In this document: piece after piece, positions 30,696-42,241 of the stretch
Layout: the number at the start of each line of letters is the position of its first letter
Position numbering within the stretch: the first letter of the stretch is position 1
DNA from: an uncultured Gemmatimonadales bacterium
GTDB lineage: Bacteria > Gemmatimonadota > Gemmatimonadetes > Gemmatimonadales > Gemmatimonadaceae
DNA length: 64,000 bases
Reading direction: 5' to 3'
Assembly (NCBI GenBank): GCA_963793305.1
Contig: CAWBZV010000012.1
Location: 64,001 to 128,000, forward strand
Program-made: the position numbers and the translations under genes
Notes under the pieces: generated by a model
Databases searched by the model: none
Told to the model about the DNA's origin: nothing
Seen by the model: the letters and a program-made list of their open reading frames with translations, nothing else

Positions 30696-31217
30696 TCAGA
30701 TCGCGTACTCTGTTTGGACCATGCCACTCGCATATGAGCGCGTGGCAACGTGTTGCAAGCGAATGTCACGAGAGAGCGTGCCAAACAGCGGAATGCCGCT
30801 CCCGAGGAGGACGGGAATACGCGTCACGACAATGCGCTGAATCAGACCCGCTTCCAGAAAGCCCTGGATCGTCTCGCCGCCATCAATGTACACGTGCTTG
30901 TGTCCGCGTTGCATGAGCCGCCGCGCGATCTCGTTGGGCGTGCCGGACATCACTTCGCACACGGCGCCGTCCGGCGGGCTCACGTTCGATAGCGTGGTGC
31001 TGAGCACGAAGACCGGCTTCGCGCCATAGGGCCACGCCGGGAATGCCGCGACGACTTCGTACGTCTTGCGCCCGATGACGAGGGCGTCGACCGACGCGAA
31101 GAACGCGGTGTAGCCGTGCTCTTCGACGACGTCATCGGGGGGCAGCCAGTCCAGCGCGCCGTCTGGCCGCGCGATGTACCCATCGACGCTCGTCGCGATG
31201 AATACGGATGCTTTCAT
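30696..31217 (-). CDS. Dihydrofolate reductase-like (RibD C-terminal) protein
   Basis: FIATSVDGYIAR, GRKTYE, YIDGG, PVLLGSGIPLF. Confidence 0.92.
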   Translation of the reverse strand: MKASVFIATSVDGYIARPDGALDWLPPDDVVEEHGYTAFFASVDALVIGRKTYEVVAAFPAWPYGAKPVFVLSTTLSNVSPPDGAVCEVMSGTPNEIARRLMQRGHKHVYIDGGETIQGFLEAGLIQRIVVTRIPVLLGSGIPLFGTLSRDIRLQHVATRSYASGMVQTEYAI

Positions 31218-31218
31218 G

Positions 31219-31248
31219 CCGGAATATAGTCCCCCGGAATAAAGGCCC
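31219..31248. repeat. 15-bp tandem duplication
   Basis: ccggaatatagtccc / ccggaataaaggccc (13 of 15 identical). Confidence 0.55.
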
Positions 31249-31312
31249 CATGGAGGGCATCTGGCGCTCACACGCCTGTGCACGTGCTGGCCACTAGATT
31301 CCACCGCCGGAT

Positions 31313-31591
31313 ATGAAACGCCTCTATATGATCGTCGAGCATTTCCGCCAGGGAGATGCCGTCCCGGTGTATCGCCGGTTTCGCGCCCAGGGACGATTGG
31401 CCCCCGAGGGGCTCACCTATGTCTCGAGTTGGGTCGACGAGCGCCTCGAGCAATGCTACCAGGTCATGGAGACGCACGACCGTGCGTTGCTCGACCAGTG
31501 GATCGCCAACTGGAGCGACCTCGTGGAGTTCGAGGTGCATCCCGTGATCACGTCGGCCGAGGCGGCCGAGCGAGTCGCGCCACGACTATGA
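31313..31591 (+). CDS. DUF3303-family protein
   Basis: YMIVEHF, GRLAPEGL, WSDLVEFEVHPV. Confidence 0.85.
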   Translation: MKRLYMIVEHFRQGDAVPVYRRFRAQGRLAPEGLTYVSSWVDERLEQCYQVMETHDRALLDQWIANWSDLVEFEVHPVITSAEAAERVAPRL

Positions 31592-32025
31592 CGGTCGTGA
31601 TTCGGCCCTACGCGAGCGAAGACTACGCCGAGTGGCGGCGGATGCGGACGGCGTTGTGGCCGGATCAGACTGAGGGCGACATGGCCGCGTGGCTGGCGCG
31701 GAACGACACCGCCGTCATTGTCGCGGTGCGCACGGCAGGGTCATTGTGTGGCTTTGTCGAAGTCGGCGAGCGAACCAACGCTGACGGGTGCGAGTCGAGT
31801 CCGGTCGCTTACGTCGAGGGGTGGTGGGTGGACGCCGATGTGCGCCGGCAGCGGATCGGCGCGCGGCTCATCGAGGCCGCCGAGTCATTCGCCCGGTCGC
31901 GCGGGTACCGCGAGCTGGCGTCGGATACGGAGCTGCACAACGTGATCTCGCAACGCGCGCACCAAAGACTGGGCTTCGAGGAGCTGGATCGCGTGGTGCT
32001 CTATCGCAAGGTTCTTTCGACGTAG
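31588..32025 (+). CDS. Aminoglycoside 6'-N-acetyltransferase-like GNAT
   Basis: MRTALWP, DGCESSPVAYVEGWWV, ELASDT, AHQRLGFEE. Confidence 0.85.
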   Translation: MTVVIRPYASEDYAEWRRMRTALWPDQTEGDMAAWLARNDTAVIVAVRTAGSLCGFVEVGERTNADGCESSPVAYVEGWWVDADVRRQRIGARLIEAAESFARSRGYRELASDTELHNVISQRAHQRLGFEELDRVVLYRKVLST

Positions 32026-32393
32026 CGCTCGAACAGCTCGCTGAGCGCCAGCTGGGGCGAATGCGTGATGCCCTCGTGCACGGCCGAGCATTGGACGACG
32101 TCGGAGCGCGGCGCCGTGATCCAGTGAAATCGCTCGGATGGCGGCGTCAAGGCAACTGGTCCGCTGGTCGGATCACCGGCGCAAATCGCCCGGGCAGAGT
32201 CCAAGTACCGCGCGAGGAGCTCAACGTCAACATCCCCGACGCGCTCTCGCAATGCGTCGACATCAGTCAGCGCACGGAGCTCCAGGAATTCTTCGGTGCG
32301 GGCGTGGAGAACTATTCCAACAGGAACGAACTCGCCGGTGTACGGATGCGGCACAACCCGCAAGACGGCGAAATTGTACGCGACCCAACTCAT
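32001..32393 (-). CDS. DUF3037-domain protein
   Basis: YNFAVLRVVP, ERFHWITAPRS, SAVHEG. Confidence 0.9.
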   Translation of the reverse strand: MSWVAYNFAVLRVVPHPYTGEFVPVGIVLHARTEEFLELRALTDVDALRERVGDVDVELLARYLDSARAICAGDPTSGPVALTPPSERFHWITAPRSDVVQCSAVHEGITHSPQLALSELFERYVERTLR

Positions 32394-33188
32394 CGCCGCG
32401 CCTTCAATGGCTTTGGCGGGATACCAACGGTGGCCTCGCGCGCGCGATCGATCTCGGCCACGAACTCTCGTGGCGATTCGAGACGTCGCACGAGATAGTC
32501 GCGATAGCGCGAGCGCGGATCCGATAGCAGGTCGTCGGGAACCTGCGACAGGATGCCATCGATGGTCGCCGGCGTGAGGCGGGCAACCGCATCTCGGTCG
32601 GCGTCTGCCATCGCGCTTGGCGAGGTCCGGCTGAGCAGCACGTGGTGTTGAATCAAGGGGAACGGCGTGCGCGTGCGCGCGTCGTCGACCGACTCCCAGT
32701 CGTGGTGCGCGTACAGCGCCGAGCCGTGGTCGATCAGATACGGGCTGCGCCGCCGAGATGAGCAGATTCGGATTGCGATGCGTGCGATCGGGATTGGTGA
32801 GATACGCATCGAGCCACACGATCCGAGCCGCGAGCGCTGGGCTGATCAGATCGCCGGCTGCGGTCGCGTCGAAGTTGAACGCACCGTCCAGATACACGGC
32901 CCCGACATTGAGCCCGTGGCTCTTCTGCAGGATGTCCTGAATCTCGGGATCCGGCTCGCTCCGCCCGAACGGCGGCGGGACATCGACCAGTGCCAACTCC
33001 GGCGTGGGGAGCCCGAGCGCGACCGCGGTGAGCCCGGTGATGAGCTCGGCCACGAGTGCGCGCGTTCCATGTCCCGCGCCGCGGAATTTCACGACGTAGA
33101 GCGCGCCGTCCTCGGTCTCGACGACGGCGGGAAGCGATCCGCCCTCGCGCAGCGGCTGGACGTAACGGGTGGCGGTCAGGATGCGCAC
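32390..33188 (-). CDS. HipA-like (HipA_2) kinase (frameshift ~32750)
   Basis: TRYVQPLREGGSLP, VVKFRGAG, NPDRTHRNPN; LIDHG follows after the frame change. Confidence 0.88.
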
Positions 33189-33205
33189 GGCGAATAGATT
33201 ATAGC

Positions 33206-34340
<1,135 letters not shown>

Positions 34341-34344
34341 TGGA

Positions 34345-34831
34345 CTACTGTGTCAGACTGACGTGGCAGCTCGAGAGGCCGCGCTTCTCGAGGTACCGTT
34401 GGTGGTACTCTTCCGCCGGGTGGAAGGGCACGGCCGGCACGATCTGCGTGACGATCGGCCGACGGAACTTGTGCTCGGCCTCGAGCGCATCGCGTGACGC
34501 GATCGCGGCCGCATGCTGCGCCTCGTTATGATAGAAAATCGCTGACCGATACTGCGTGCCGACGTTCCGGCCCCTGCCGGTTCAGCGTCGTCGGGTCGTG
34601 GTTCTCCCAGAAAATCTTCAGCAGGTCATCGTACGAGGCCTTGGCCGGGTCGTAGGTGACCTCGACTGCCTCGGCATGACCCGTCCGGTCGGTGCACACA
34701 TCCTCGTACGTCGGGCTCGTGGTCTTGCCGCCCGTATAGCCCACCTGGGTGGAGAGTACGCCCGGCAATTGCCGGAACATTGCCTCGACACCCCAAAAAC
34801 AGCCAGCGGCGAACGTCGCCGTTTCGCTCAC
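34345..34831 (-). CDS. msrA: Peptide-methionine (S)-S-oxide reductase (frameshift ~34565)
   Basis: GCFWG and [10 protein letters not shown], then [11 protein letters not shown] and AEEYHQRY in the next frame. Confidence 0.93.
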
Positions 34832-34882
34832 GTTGTTCTCCGGTTATGCGTCCTGCTGAATTATAGCCGGGGCTAGCCGAAG

Positions 34883-35525
34883 CTAGCGTTTGGGCGGCGT
34901 GAAGATCGCCGTCATGATCCGCCGCCACAGATAGCCGCCCCAGAGACAGATGGGCATATAGATGACCCCCATCTGGACGAGCCCGAACACGAATCGCAGG
35001 CTCAGGATTTGGGCGACGGAGAACCCGCCGACCAGACGGATGCTCCCGTCGATGGTGAGAATCACCCCGAGCGCCAGCCCAAAGCGTTCGGGGCGCTTCA
35101 GCCGGACGATCGTGAAGACGAGAAATCCCACGCATGCGGCGTCGAGCGCCACGAGCAGAAGCCGCTGAAGAGCTGTCGGCGGCGCCGGCGCGGGCCAGGC
35201 GATCCAACTCCACGCCGCGAGCCCGGCGCCGCCGGCAATCGAAGCGAGCGCGAGCAGCCACGGAAACCACCACGCGCTGCCGCTTCCGCGGTTCCTCGAC
35301 GACCGGCGCCGATACCTGCCCGCTGGCCCGCCGAATCCACGCCGGCGCGAACACCATCGCGGCAATACCGAGCGCGGCCATGAGGGTCAGCAGTACCAGC
35401 GCCGGGACGGGGCCGAGCAGGTGCGTGCGCCACGCATGGTAGACGGCGTACCCATAGAGATCGAACACCAGGCACGCGCCGACGAACGTCGCCACCCGGC
35501 GGCCAAACGGGGTCACGGTTTCCAC
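34883..35525 (-). CDS. Hypothetical multi-TM protein (frameshift ~35270)
   Basis: Hydrophobic helices continue across two frames. Confidence 0.55.
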
Positions 35526-35569
35526 CCCGTTATATTGAGTACTTTATAACTCAAACCACAGAGCTGCCC

Positions 35570-36115
35570 GTGCGTCCTGGATGCTGCCTCGCTTCCCTCG
35601 CCGTGATCGTCGCTCCCGTCACCATGCACGCGCAAGACCTGTTGCACACTTACCTGCGCGATGAGTTCAGCCCGTTCGCGATGGCCAGCGTCACCATCGG
35701 CGCCGGCGTGGGAACGTTGCAGCGCTCGCCCAGCTGGTGGGATCGCGACGAAGGCTTCGGCTATCGCCTCGGGACCAACTTTGCCGCCCATACGGCGGAC
35801 GTCACCGTACGCGATGGGCTCGCGGCCGTGATGCATCAGGATCCGAGTTACGTCCGGTGTGGCTGTCGGAATGTGTTTGCTCGCGCGGGTCATGCGGTCG
35901 TCTCGTCGTTCCTCGCCCGCAATGACAACGGAAATTACGTGCTCGGTGTTCCACAGATCGCCGGCGCCTACGCCGGGGGCTACACGAGCGCCGCGTTCTA
36001 CGGACACACGTACGCAGGGTGGCAGGGCGGACTCAAGCTGGGCACCGAGGCCATCGGCGAGCACGCCGGCTTTAACCTGGTGAAAGAGTTCGTCTTCCCG
36101 CTGTTCAAGAAGTAA
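35570..36115 (+). CDS. Hypothetical exported protein
   Basis: Signal peptide ending MHA-Q; HQDPSYVRC and NLVKEF. Confidence 0.7.
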   Translation: MRPGCCLASLAVIVAPVTMHAQDLLHTYLRDEFSPFAMASVTIGAGVGTLQRSPSWWDRDEGFGYRLGTNFAAHTADVTVRDGLAAVMHQDPSYVRCGCRNVFARAGHAVVSSFLARNDNGNYVLGVPQIAGAYAGGYTSAAFYGHTYAGWQGGLKLGTEAIGEHAGFNLVKEFVFPLFKK

Positions 36116-37487
36116 ACCGGAAGAACCGCTCGAAGACGCTCTTGGCGCCCGGCGTAAGCCGCTGCCGGCGCCAGGCGTCAGCCGCCTTCCGGAAGACCTC
36201 GGCCTGCGTCGGGTACGGGTGAACGGTCTTGCCGATCCCGCCGAGGCCGACCCGGTTCGTCATGGCGAGCGTGATCTCGCCGATCGACTCGCCGGCGTGC
36301 TCGGACACGAGCGTCGCACCGACGATACGGTCCGTCCCACGCCGGACGTGCACCCGCGCGAATCCCTCGGTCGCGTCGTCGATCACGGCCCGATCCACGG
36401 AGGCCATCGGCACCGTCACGGTGTCGATCGCCAGGCCCTTCTGCCGCGCCGTGGCGGCGGTTTCTCCAACGTGCGCGAGCTCGGGCGTCGTGTAGGTGCA
36501 CCACGGGATGATGCCGCGGCTCACCCGGCCCCCGCCGACGCCGAAGAAGAGAGCGTTGGGCACGACGAGGCGGGCTTGCCAGTCGGAGTTATGCGTGAAC
36601 TTGAGCGCCGACGAGACATCGCCGACCGCGTACACGTTCGGGTTCGTGGTTCGCAGCCAATCGTCGACGACGACACCGGTCAGCGCATGATATCGCACCC
36701 CGGCCACGTCGAGCCCGAAGCCTTCGACGTTCGGCGCTCGCCCGGCCGCGATCAATATCGCGTCGGTTTCAATTCGTACCTCGCCCGCGAGCTCGGCACC
36801 GATCGGCGCGACATATAAGGCCCCTCGCTCGGCGCGCACCGGCGTGACGCCGTACATGAACCGCACGCCGTCTCTCCGCATCGCGTCGGCCACGATCGCT
36901 GCGGCATCCGGATCATCCCGCGGCAAAATACGAGGCGCGAGATCGACGACGGTCACCTGCGTGCCGAATCGCGCGAAGACTTGCCCGAGCTCGCACCCGA
37001 TCGGTCCGGCGCCGACGATCACCAATCGATCCGGCTGCGTCGTCAGGTCGAATACGGTCTCGTTGGTGAGATAGCCGGACGCCTCCAGACCCACGATCGG
37101 CGGCACTGCCGCTCGCGCACCGGTCGCGATCACCGCTTTCGCGAACCGGAGCGTCGTGTCACCGACTTCAATGGTGTCGCGAGAGGTAAACCGTGCCGTG
37201 CCGTGGTAGACATCGACGCCGAGCGAGGTAAATCGCTCGGGGCTGTCGTTGACACTCAGCTTGGCACGGACCGCCCGCATCGCCTCCATCGCGGCCGGAA
37301 AGGCTCTGTGTGATCGCGCGGCATGGATCAACGATTTCGAGGGCACGCACCCGACATTCAGACAATCGCCGCCCATGCGATCGCGCTCGATCAGCGCCAC
37401 GCGCGCGCCCAGCCCCGCGGCGATCGCCGACGTGACGAGGCCGCCGCTGCCGGCGCCGATCACCACGAGATGATATCTAGATGACAT
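36105..37487 (-). CDS. Pyridine nucleotide-disulfide oxidoreductase (Lpd/MerA-like)
   Basis: GAGSGG, GGDCLNVGCVPSK, HPYPT; no C-terminal Cys-Cys pair. Confidence 0.9.
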   Translation of the reverse strand: MSSRYHLVVIGAGSGGLVTSAIAAGLGARVALIERDRMGGDCLNVGCVPSKSLIHAARSHRAFPAAMEAMRAVRAKLSVNDSPERFTSLGVDVYHGTARFTSRDTIEVGDTTLRFAKAVIATGARAAVPPIVGLEASGYLTNETVFDLTTQPDRLVIVGAGPIGCELGQVFARFGTQVTVVDLAPRILPRDDPDAAAIVADAMRRDGVRFMYGVTPVRAERGALYVAPIGAELAGEVRIETDAILIAAGRAPNVEGFGLDVAGVRYHALTGVVVDDWLRTTNPNVYAVGDVSSALKFTHNSDWQARLVVPNALFFGVGGGRVSRGIIPWCTYTTPELAHVGETAATARQKGLAIDTVTVPMASVDRAVIDDATEGFARVHVRRGTDRIVGATLVSEHAGESIGEITLAMTNRVGLGGIGKTVHPYPTQAEVFRKAADAWRRQRLTPGAKSVFERFFRFTS

Positions 37488-38145
37488 GGGCGAGCGCGCG
37501 GCGGGCAGCCCGCGTGATGAGCACCGTGACCGCGATCGTCGCGATCAGCCCGAGACTCAAGAACGCGATACTCGCCGGCCCACCGCGCGGCCGCGCGCCG
37601 CCGACGAGCGCGGCCACGTCGCCGCCGACCTTCCCATAGTACACGTAGAGCAACGTACCCGGAATGATGCCGATCATACCGAGTAAATAGTCGGCGAGCC
37701 GCACGTGCGTGAGGCCCAGCGCGTAGTTCAAGAGCGAGAACGGAAACACGGGCGACAGCCGGAGCAACGTGACGATCTTGAGCCCGTCGGCGCCGACGGC
37801 GCGATCGATCGCCGCGAACCGCGCGTTGTCCGCGAGACGACGCTCGACGAGTCCCCGCGCCGCGTAGCGCGCTATCAGAAACGACAGCGCGGCTCCGATC
37901 GAGGCACCGATCAGCGTGTAGATCGTCCCCCAGACGATCCCAAAGATCGCGCCCGCGGCCAGCGTGAGCAGCGAGGCCGGCACGAGGGCGATGCAGGCGA
38001 CGGCGTAGCCGGCGACGAAGGCGATCGGGCCCGCCGCGCCAAGCCGGTTCACCTGCTGGACGAATGGCGCGACACTGGCGCCGAGGAAGCGGCCGCCGAC
38101 GACCAAGGCGACGACCAGGAGGACGATGGCGATGCCGCGTTTCAT
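37477..38145 (-). CDS. TVP38/TMEM64 family membrane protein
   Basis: LTLAAGAIFG and LLRLSPVFPFSLLNYALG. Confidence 0.92.
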   Translation of the reverse strand: MKRGIAIVLLVVALVVGGRFLGASVAPFVQQVNRLGAAGPIAFVAGYAVACIALVPASLLTLAAGAIFGIVWGTIYTLIGASIGAALSFLIARYAARGLVERRLADNARFAAIDRAVGADGLKIVTLLRLSPVFPFSLLNYALGLTHVRLADYLLGMIGIIPGTLLYVYYGKVGGDVAALVGGARPRGGPASIAFLSLGLIATIAVTVLITRAARRALAHVI

Positions 38146-38154
38146 ATTTAGAGT

Positions 38155-38583
38155 ATGAAAATTGGCCTGATAGCGTTGGTCGTGCTCGCGACCCTGCGTC
38201 TCCCTGAGACGGTCACCGTCTACAAGAGCCCGACCTGCCATTGTTGTTCCCAGTGGGTCGACCGCATGCGCACGGCGGGGTTCACGGTCGAGACGATTGA
38301 TGTCGACAACCCCGGCGCGCTGCAGACCATCAAGCGCGATCACGGCATCACGCCACAGCTCGGATCGTGCCATACGGCTGTCGTCGGCGGGTATGTCATC
38401 GAAGGACACGTCCCGCCGGAGCTCGTGAAGCGGCTTCTACACGATCACCCGGCAGGCGTCACGGGTCTGGCCGTTCCCGGTATGCCCAGCGGCTCGCCTG
38501 GAATGGAAATGGGTGGCCAAGTGGACCACTACGACGTGCTAGCGATCCGTTCCGGCGGTACGACGGTCTACGAGCATCGTTAG
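38155..38583 (+). CDS. DUF411 metal-binding protein
   Basis: YKSPTCHCC, SCHTA, EGHVP, PGMPSGSPGME. Confidence 0.93.
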   Translation: MKIGLIALVVLATLRLPETVTVYKSPTCHCCSQWVDRMRTAGFTVETIDVDNPGALQTIKRDHGITPQLGSCHTAVVGGYVIEGHVPPELVKRLLHDHPAGVTGLAVPGMPSGSPGMEMGGQVDHYDVLAIRSGGTTVYEHR

Positions 38584-41255
38584 TCCGCGCGAATTGCTTC
38601 CAGCGGCGCCACGCGCGAGGCGCGCATCGCGGGCACGAACGCGGCCAACGCGGCGCTGACGCTGAGCACGACGGTCGCGAGACCGATCGATGGCGGATCG
38701 AAGAAGCTGATGCCGAAGAGTTGCCCGCGCATGAGTCGCGTGGCGGCGAGCGCAACGGGTAGCCCGATCACCATCCCGAATCCAGTCAGCAAGATGGCCT
38801 CGCGCAGCACCATGCGCTCGACCGCACTCGGCAAGGCGCCGAGGGCCATGCGCAGGCCGAACTCGCCGGTCCGCCGAGCGGTCGCGTAGGCCATCACCCC
38901 GTACAGCCCGAGGGCGGCGAGGATCAGCGTGAGGATCCCGAAGGCCGAGACGAGCGTCGCGACTAACCGATCCTTGGCGATCGAATCGCGAATGAGCTCG
39001 GTCAATGGATCGACGCTGTAGATCGCCAACGACGGATCGGCGGCGAGCAACGTCTGGCGCACCGGCAGCACGAGCCGCGCGGGATCCCCGGCCACGCGGA
39101 TCTCGAGTTTGAACCCGGTCGGGGCGGTCTTCTGCTGCACCATCGGCTCGTAGACGCGCCGCACCGGTGGCTCCCGCACGCCAGTCTGCTGGATATCGCT
39201 GACGATGCCGACGATCTCCCATGACGCGCTGTCCATCTGGATATGCCGTCCGATGGCCTCGCCATTCGGGAAGAAGTACCGCGCCGCCGTCTCGTTGACG
39301 ACTGCGACCTTTGGCGCGGTCTCGTTGTCGCGCGCCTCGATATCGCGCCCTTGCAGGATGTGCGCGCCGGTCGACCGGAAATAGTCGGCGCCGACCACGT
39401 CGGACGCGACAAGCGTGTCGCTATCGGCCCGCGCCGTGAACCCTTCCGCCTGCAGCGTCGATCCCGATTCCGTGCCGCTGAAGATCCCGTTCTCCGACGA
39501 GGAGACGGCGAGCACGCCCGGGATCTGCTTGACCCGTTCGGTGAGATCGCGGACCAAGGCGATGAGCCGCGGACCCTGAAAGCCGCTGCGCTCCGCATCG
39601 ATCTCGGCGAGCACGAGGTGGTCTCTCGCCACGCCGATGTCCGCGTTCGCCAGCGCCATCGTGCTGCGAGACAGCATGCCGGCGCCGACGAGCAGCAGCA
39701 TCGACAGCGCCACTTGCGCGATGACCAGCCACTTGCCGATGGCCAGCTTCCCGGATCCCGCGATGCCGCGTCCCTGCGTGCGGAGCGCCGACGCGACGTT
39801 GAGTCCCGTCGCTCGGAGCGCGGGAATGAGACCGAACAGGATCGCGGTCAGGAGCGACAACCCGACCGTGAACGCGAGGACGCGGCCATCGATGCGGACC
39901 GCTAGGGACAAGCCGCCGCCCACGACGCGGAGCAACGCCGCGCTGCCGGTCAGTGCCGCGATCAGGCCCAACGCGGAGCCGGCCACGGCGAGTATGACGC
40001 TCTCCGTGAGCAGCTGTTGCAAGAGGCGCCCGCGTCCGGCGCCGAGGGCGATGCGGACGCTGATCTCGCGGGCGCGGCCGGCGGCGCGGGCCAACAGCAG
40101 GTTGGCGATGTTGGCGCAGACGACGAGGAGGACGAGACCGACGGCCACCATCAGCGTGAGCAGGGCTTGGGCGTACGCGCTTCGATAGTACGAGAATCCC
40201 ATGGCGCCCGATTCGACCGGCACCGCGTGCTGGCCGAGGTTGCGCTCGACTCCGCCGCGATCGTCAGCCGTCGCGTTGTCGAGGAGCGATGTCTTGGCGA
40301 GCGCCTGGATCTCGGTGCGGGCTTGGGCGAGCGTCGCGCTGGGCGCGAGGCGGCCCATGATGAGCAGCCAGGAGATCGTGCGATCCTTGAGCCATTCGGT
40401 GTGGGCGACGACGATCGGGTGCATCTTCATCGGGATCCAGATATCCGTCGGCTGGCCGATCGCGTCACCGGCGAAATCGGATTGCGCGACGCCGATGATC
40501 GTGAGCGGTATGCCGTTGACCGTAATGGTGCGCCCAAGGACGTCGCGCGAGCCTCCGAATCGGCGGTGCCAGTATCCGTCGCTGATCACCACGGCGGGGT
40601 CATCTTCATTCGTGAACACCCGACCCGCGGCCGCGGTCACCTGGAGCACCGTAAAGAAGTTGCCGGTTACGAACCGACCGCGCGGGTGATCCGGCTCGGC
40701 GCCCTTCTCGACGAGCACATCCAGTCGCCCGCTGCGACCCGAGGCGTAAGCGCTCGATAAGACGTGATTCTGGTCGCGCAGATCCACGTACAGCGGGTAC
40801 GAGAACACATCCACCCGCGGTGTGCCTGTTGAGACGCCCTGCGTTCGGCTCGGATTGCCGATCGCGACGAGTTGCTCCGGGTGCGGGACCGGGAGCGGCC
40901 GCAGCATCAAGGCGTCGATCAGCGAGAAGATCGACGTGTTGGCACCGATCCCCAGCCCTAAGATCAGCAGGACGACGGCCGTGAAGCCGGCATTGTGCGC
41001 GAGCGTGCGCAGCGCGTAGGTCGCGTCCTGCCTGATGTTGCTCAGGACGTCGGCACGCTTGCGGTCTTGATCGATCGTCAGCATTTCCGTGCGCACGGCT
41101 CGTATGTCTCCGAATTGTGCCATCGCGCGGGCGTGAGCGTCATCCGGGCTCACGCCGGCCGCAATGAGTTTTTTTTCTCGTTCGGCGATGTGAAACGCGA
41201 TCTCTTCGTCGACGTCCCGTTCGGCGTGGGTGAGACGGAACGGGCGGCGGGTCAT
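38580..41255 (-). CDS. ADOP-type duplicated ABC permease
   Basis: DVDEEIAFHI prefix, CANIANLLL, GLYGVMAY. Confidence 0.92.
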   Translation of the reverse strand: MTRRPFRLTHAERDVDEEIAFHIAEREKKLIAAGVSPDDAHARAMAQFGDIRAVRTEMLTIDQDRKRADVLSNIRQDATYALRTLAHNAGFTAVVLLILGLGIGANTSIFSLIDALMLRPLPVPHPEQLVAIGNPSRTQGVSTGTPRVDVFSYPLYVDLRDQNHVLSSAYASGRSGRLDVLVEKGAEPDHPRGRFVTGNFFTVLQVTAAAGRVFTNEDDPAVVISDGYWHRRFGGSRDVLGRTITVNGIPLTIIGVAQSDFAGDAIGQPTDIWIPMKMHPIVVAHTEWLKDRTISWLLIMGRLAPSATLAQARTEIQALAKTSLLDNATADDRGGVERNLGQHAVPVESGAMGFSYYRSAYAQALLTLMVAVGLVLLVVCANIANLLLARAAGRAREISVRIALGAGRGRLLQQLLTESVILAVAGSALGLIAALTGSAALLRVVGGGLSLAVRIDGRVLAFTVGLSLLTAILFGLIPALRATGLNVASALRTQGRGIAGSGKLAIGKWLVIAQVALSMLLLVGAGMLSRSTMALANADIGVARDHLVLAEIDAERSGFQGPRLIALVRDLTERVKQIPGVLAVSSSENGIFSGTESGSTLQAEGFTARADSDTLVASDVVGADYFRSTGAHILQGRDIEARDNETAPKVAVVNETAARYFFPNGEAIGRHIQMDSASWEIVGIVSDIQQTGVREPPVRRVYEPMVQQKTAPTGFKLEIRVAGDPARLVLPVRQTLLAADPSLAIYSVDPLTELIRDSIAKDRLVATLVSAFGILTLILAALGLYGVMAYATARRTGEFGLRMALGALPSAVERMVLREAILLTGFGMVIGLPVALAATRLMRGQLFGISFFDPPSIGLATVVLSVSAALAAFVPAMRASRVAPLEAIRAD

Positions 41256-41599
41256 GCGGGCAACGGAGCCGTGGCGCGCAGTGCCCGGCTCGCGGCCTCC
41301 ACGAACTCGTGCCACGCCGAGGTGCCCGCGACGAGCCGTTGGCGGCCGGCGGGGCTCAGGCGATAGAACTTCGCGTGGCGATTGTTATCTGAGAGACCCC
41401 AGTCGGCGTCCACGAGCCGCTGGCGCTCGAGGCGATGCAACGCCGGGTAGAGCGTGCCCTCCCCCACGAGCAGCGCGGCACTGGTGGCGGACTCGATCCA
41501 CTCCGCGACCGCATATCCATGCCGCGGGCCCCAGCTCAGGGCCTTCAGTATCAGAAGATCCAGCGTCCCGCGCGTGAGACTGACGTCGAGATCACCCAT
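41252..41599 (-). CDS. PadR-family transcriptional regulator
   Basis: GTLDLLILK, HGY, GTLYPALHRLE; ATGA-coupled to the permease. Confidence 0.93.
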   Translation of the reverse strand: MGDLDVSLTRGTLDLLILKALSWGPRHGYAVAEWIESATSAALLVGEGTLYPALHRLERQRLVDADWGLSDNNRHAKFYRLSPAGRQRLVAGTSAWHEFVEAASRALRATAPLPA

Positions 41600-41679
41600 G
41601 CGCCGACGTTAAAGCGATCACCCATCGGCACGCAAGGGGTCAGGTACTACTAGGACATACGCAGTCGCGTCGAGTGCCG

Positions 41680-42217
41680 TCAGTACCCGCCGCCCGTGAA
41701 GACGGCCGTCTCGCCGCAGGCGCCACGGGTAGAGGCACGCGAGTCGCCGTGGCTCTGCCGGACGATGACGCCGCGCTCATCGTACTTGAGCGGGAACGAA
41801 TGCGCGTCGTACACCATGGTCGCCGCGGCCGTCCGATACCCGACGGCGAGGTCACCGAGCGGGTGTGGGACGCCACCGGCGGGCACGTCGGTCCGCTCGA
41901 CGGTGGTGAACTGCCGGTCGAATGCGCCACCGTGCTCGGTCTGACCGGGACTGTTCACGTACATACGTGAGGGATCGAACGCGAAGTCCTCGTTCGTGAG
42001 CACCGAGTCGATCCGGGCGACGACGAAGATCATGCCGGGACCGTTGTCCTCGGCGGCATACCCCGACGTCGTGCGCAAACGCCGAACAGACGCCAAGGGG
42101 TGTGTAGAAAATGGCGACGCGGGCGGGCGTCACTGCCTCGCTCTCGCGTGTGCCCGCGGACGCGCAGCCGACCAAGGCTGCGATGAGGGCGGCTTCTCCC
42201 CATCGTAACGATCGCAT
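41680..42217 (-). CDS. Hypothetical lipoprotein (frameshift ~42063)
   Basis: Lipobox LVGC; continues in ORF 41680..42096. Confidence 0.5.
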
Positions 42218-42241
42218 GGCCACATGATGGGCAAAACTCGC

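Noticed and set aside
36105..37487. Mercuric reductase merA
   Set aside because: It lacks the C-terminal Cys-Cys pair, retains HPYPT, and has no mer operon context.
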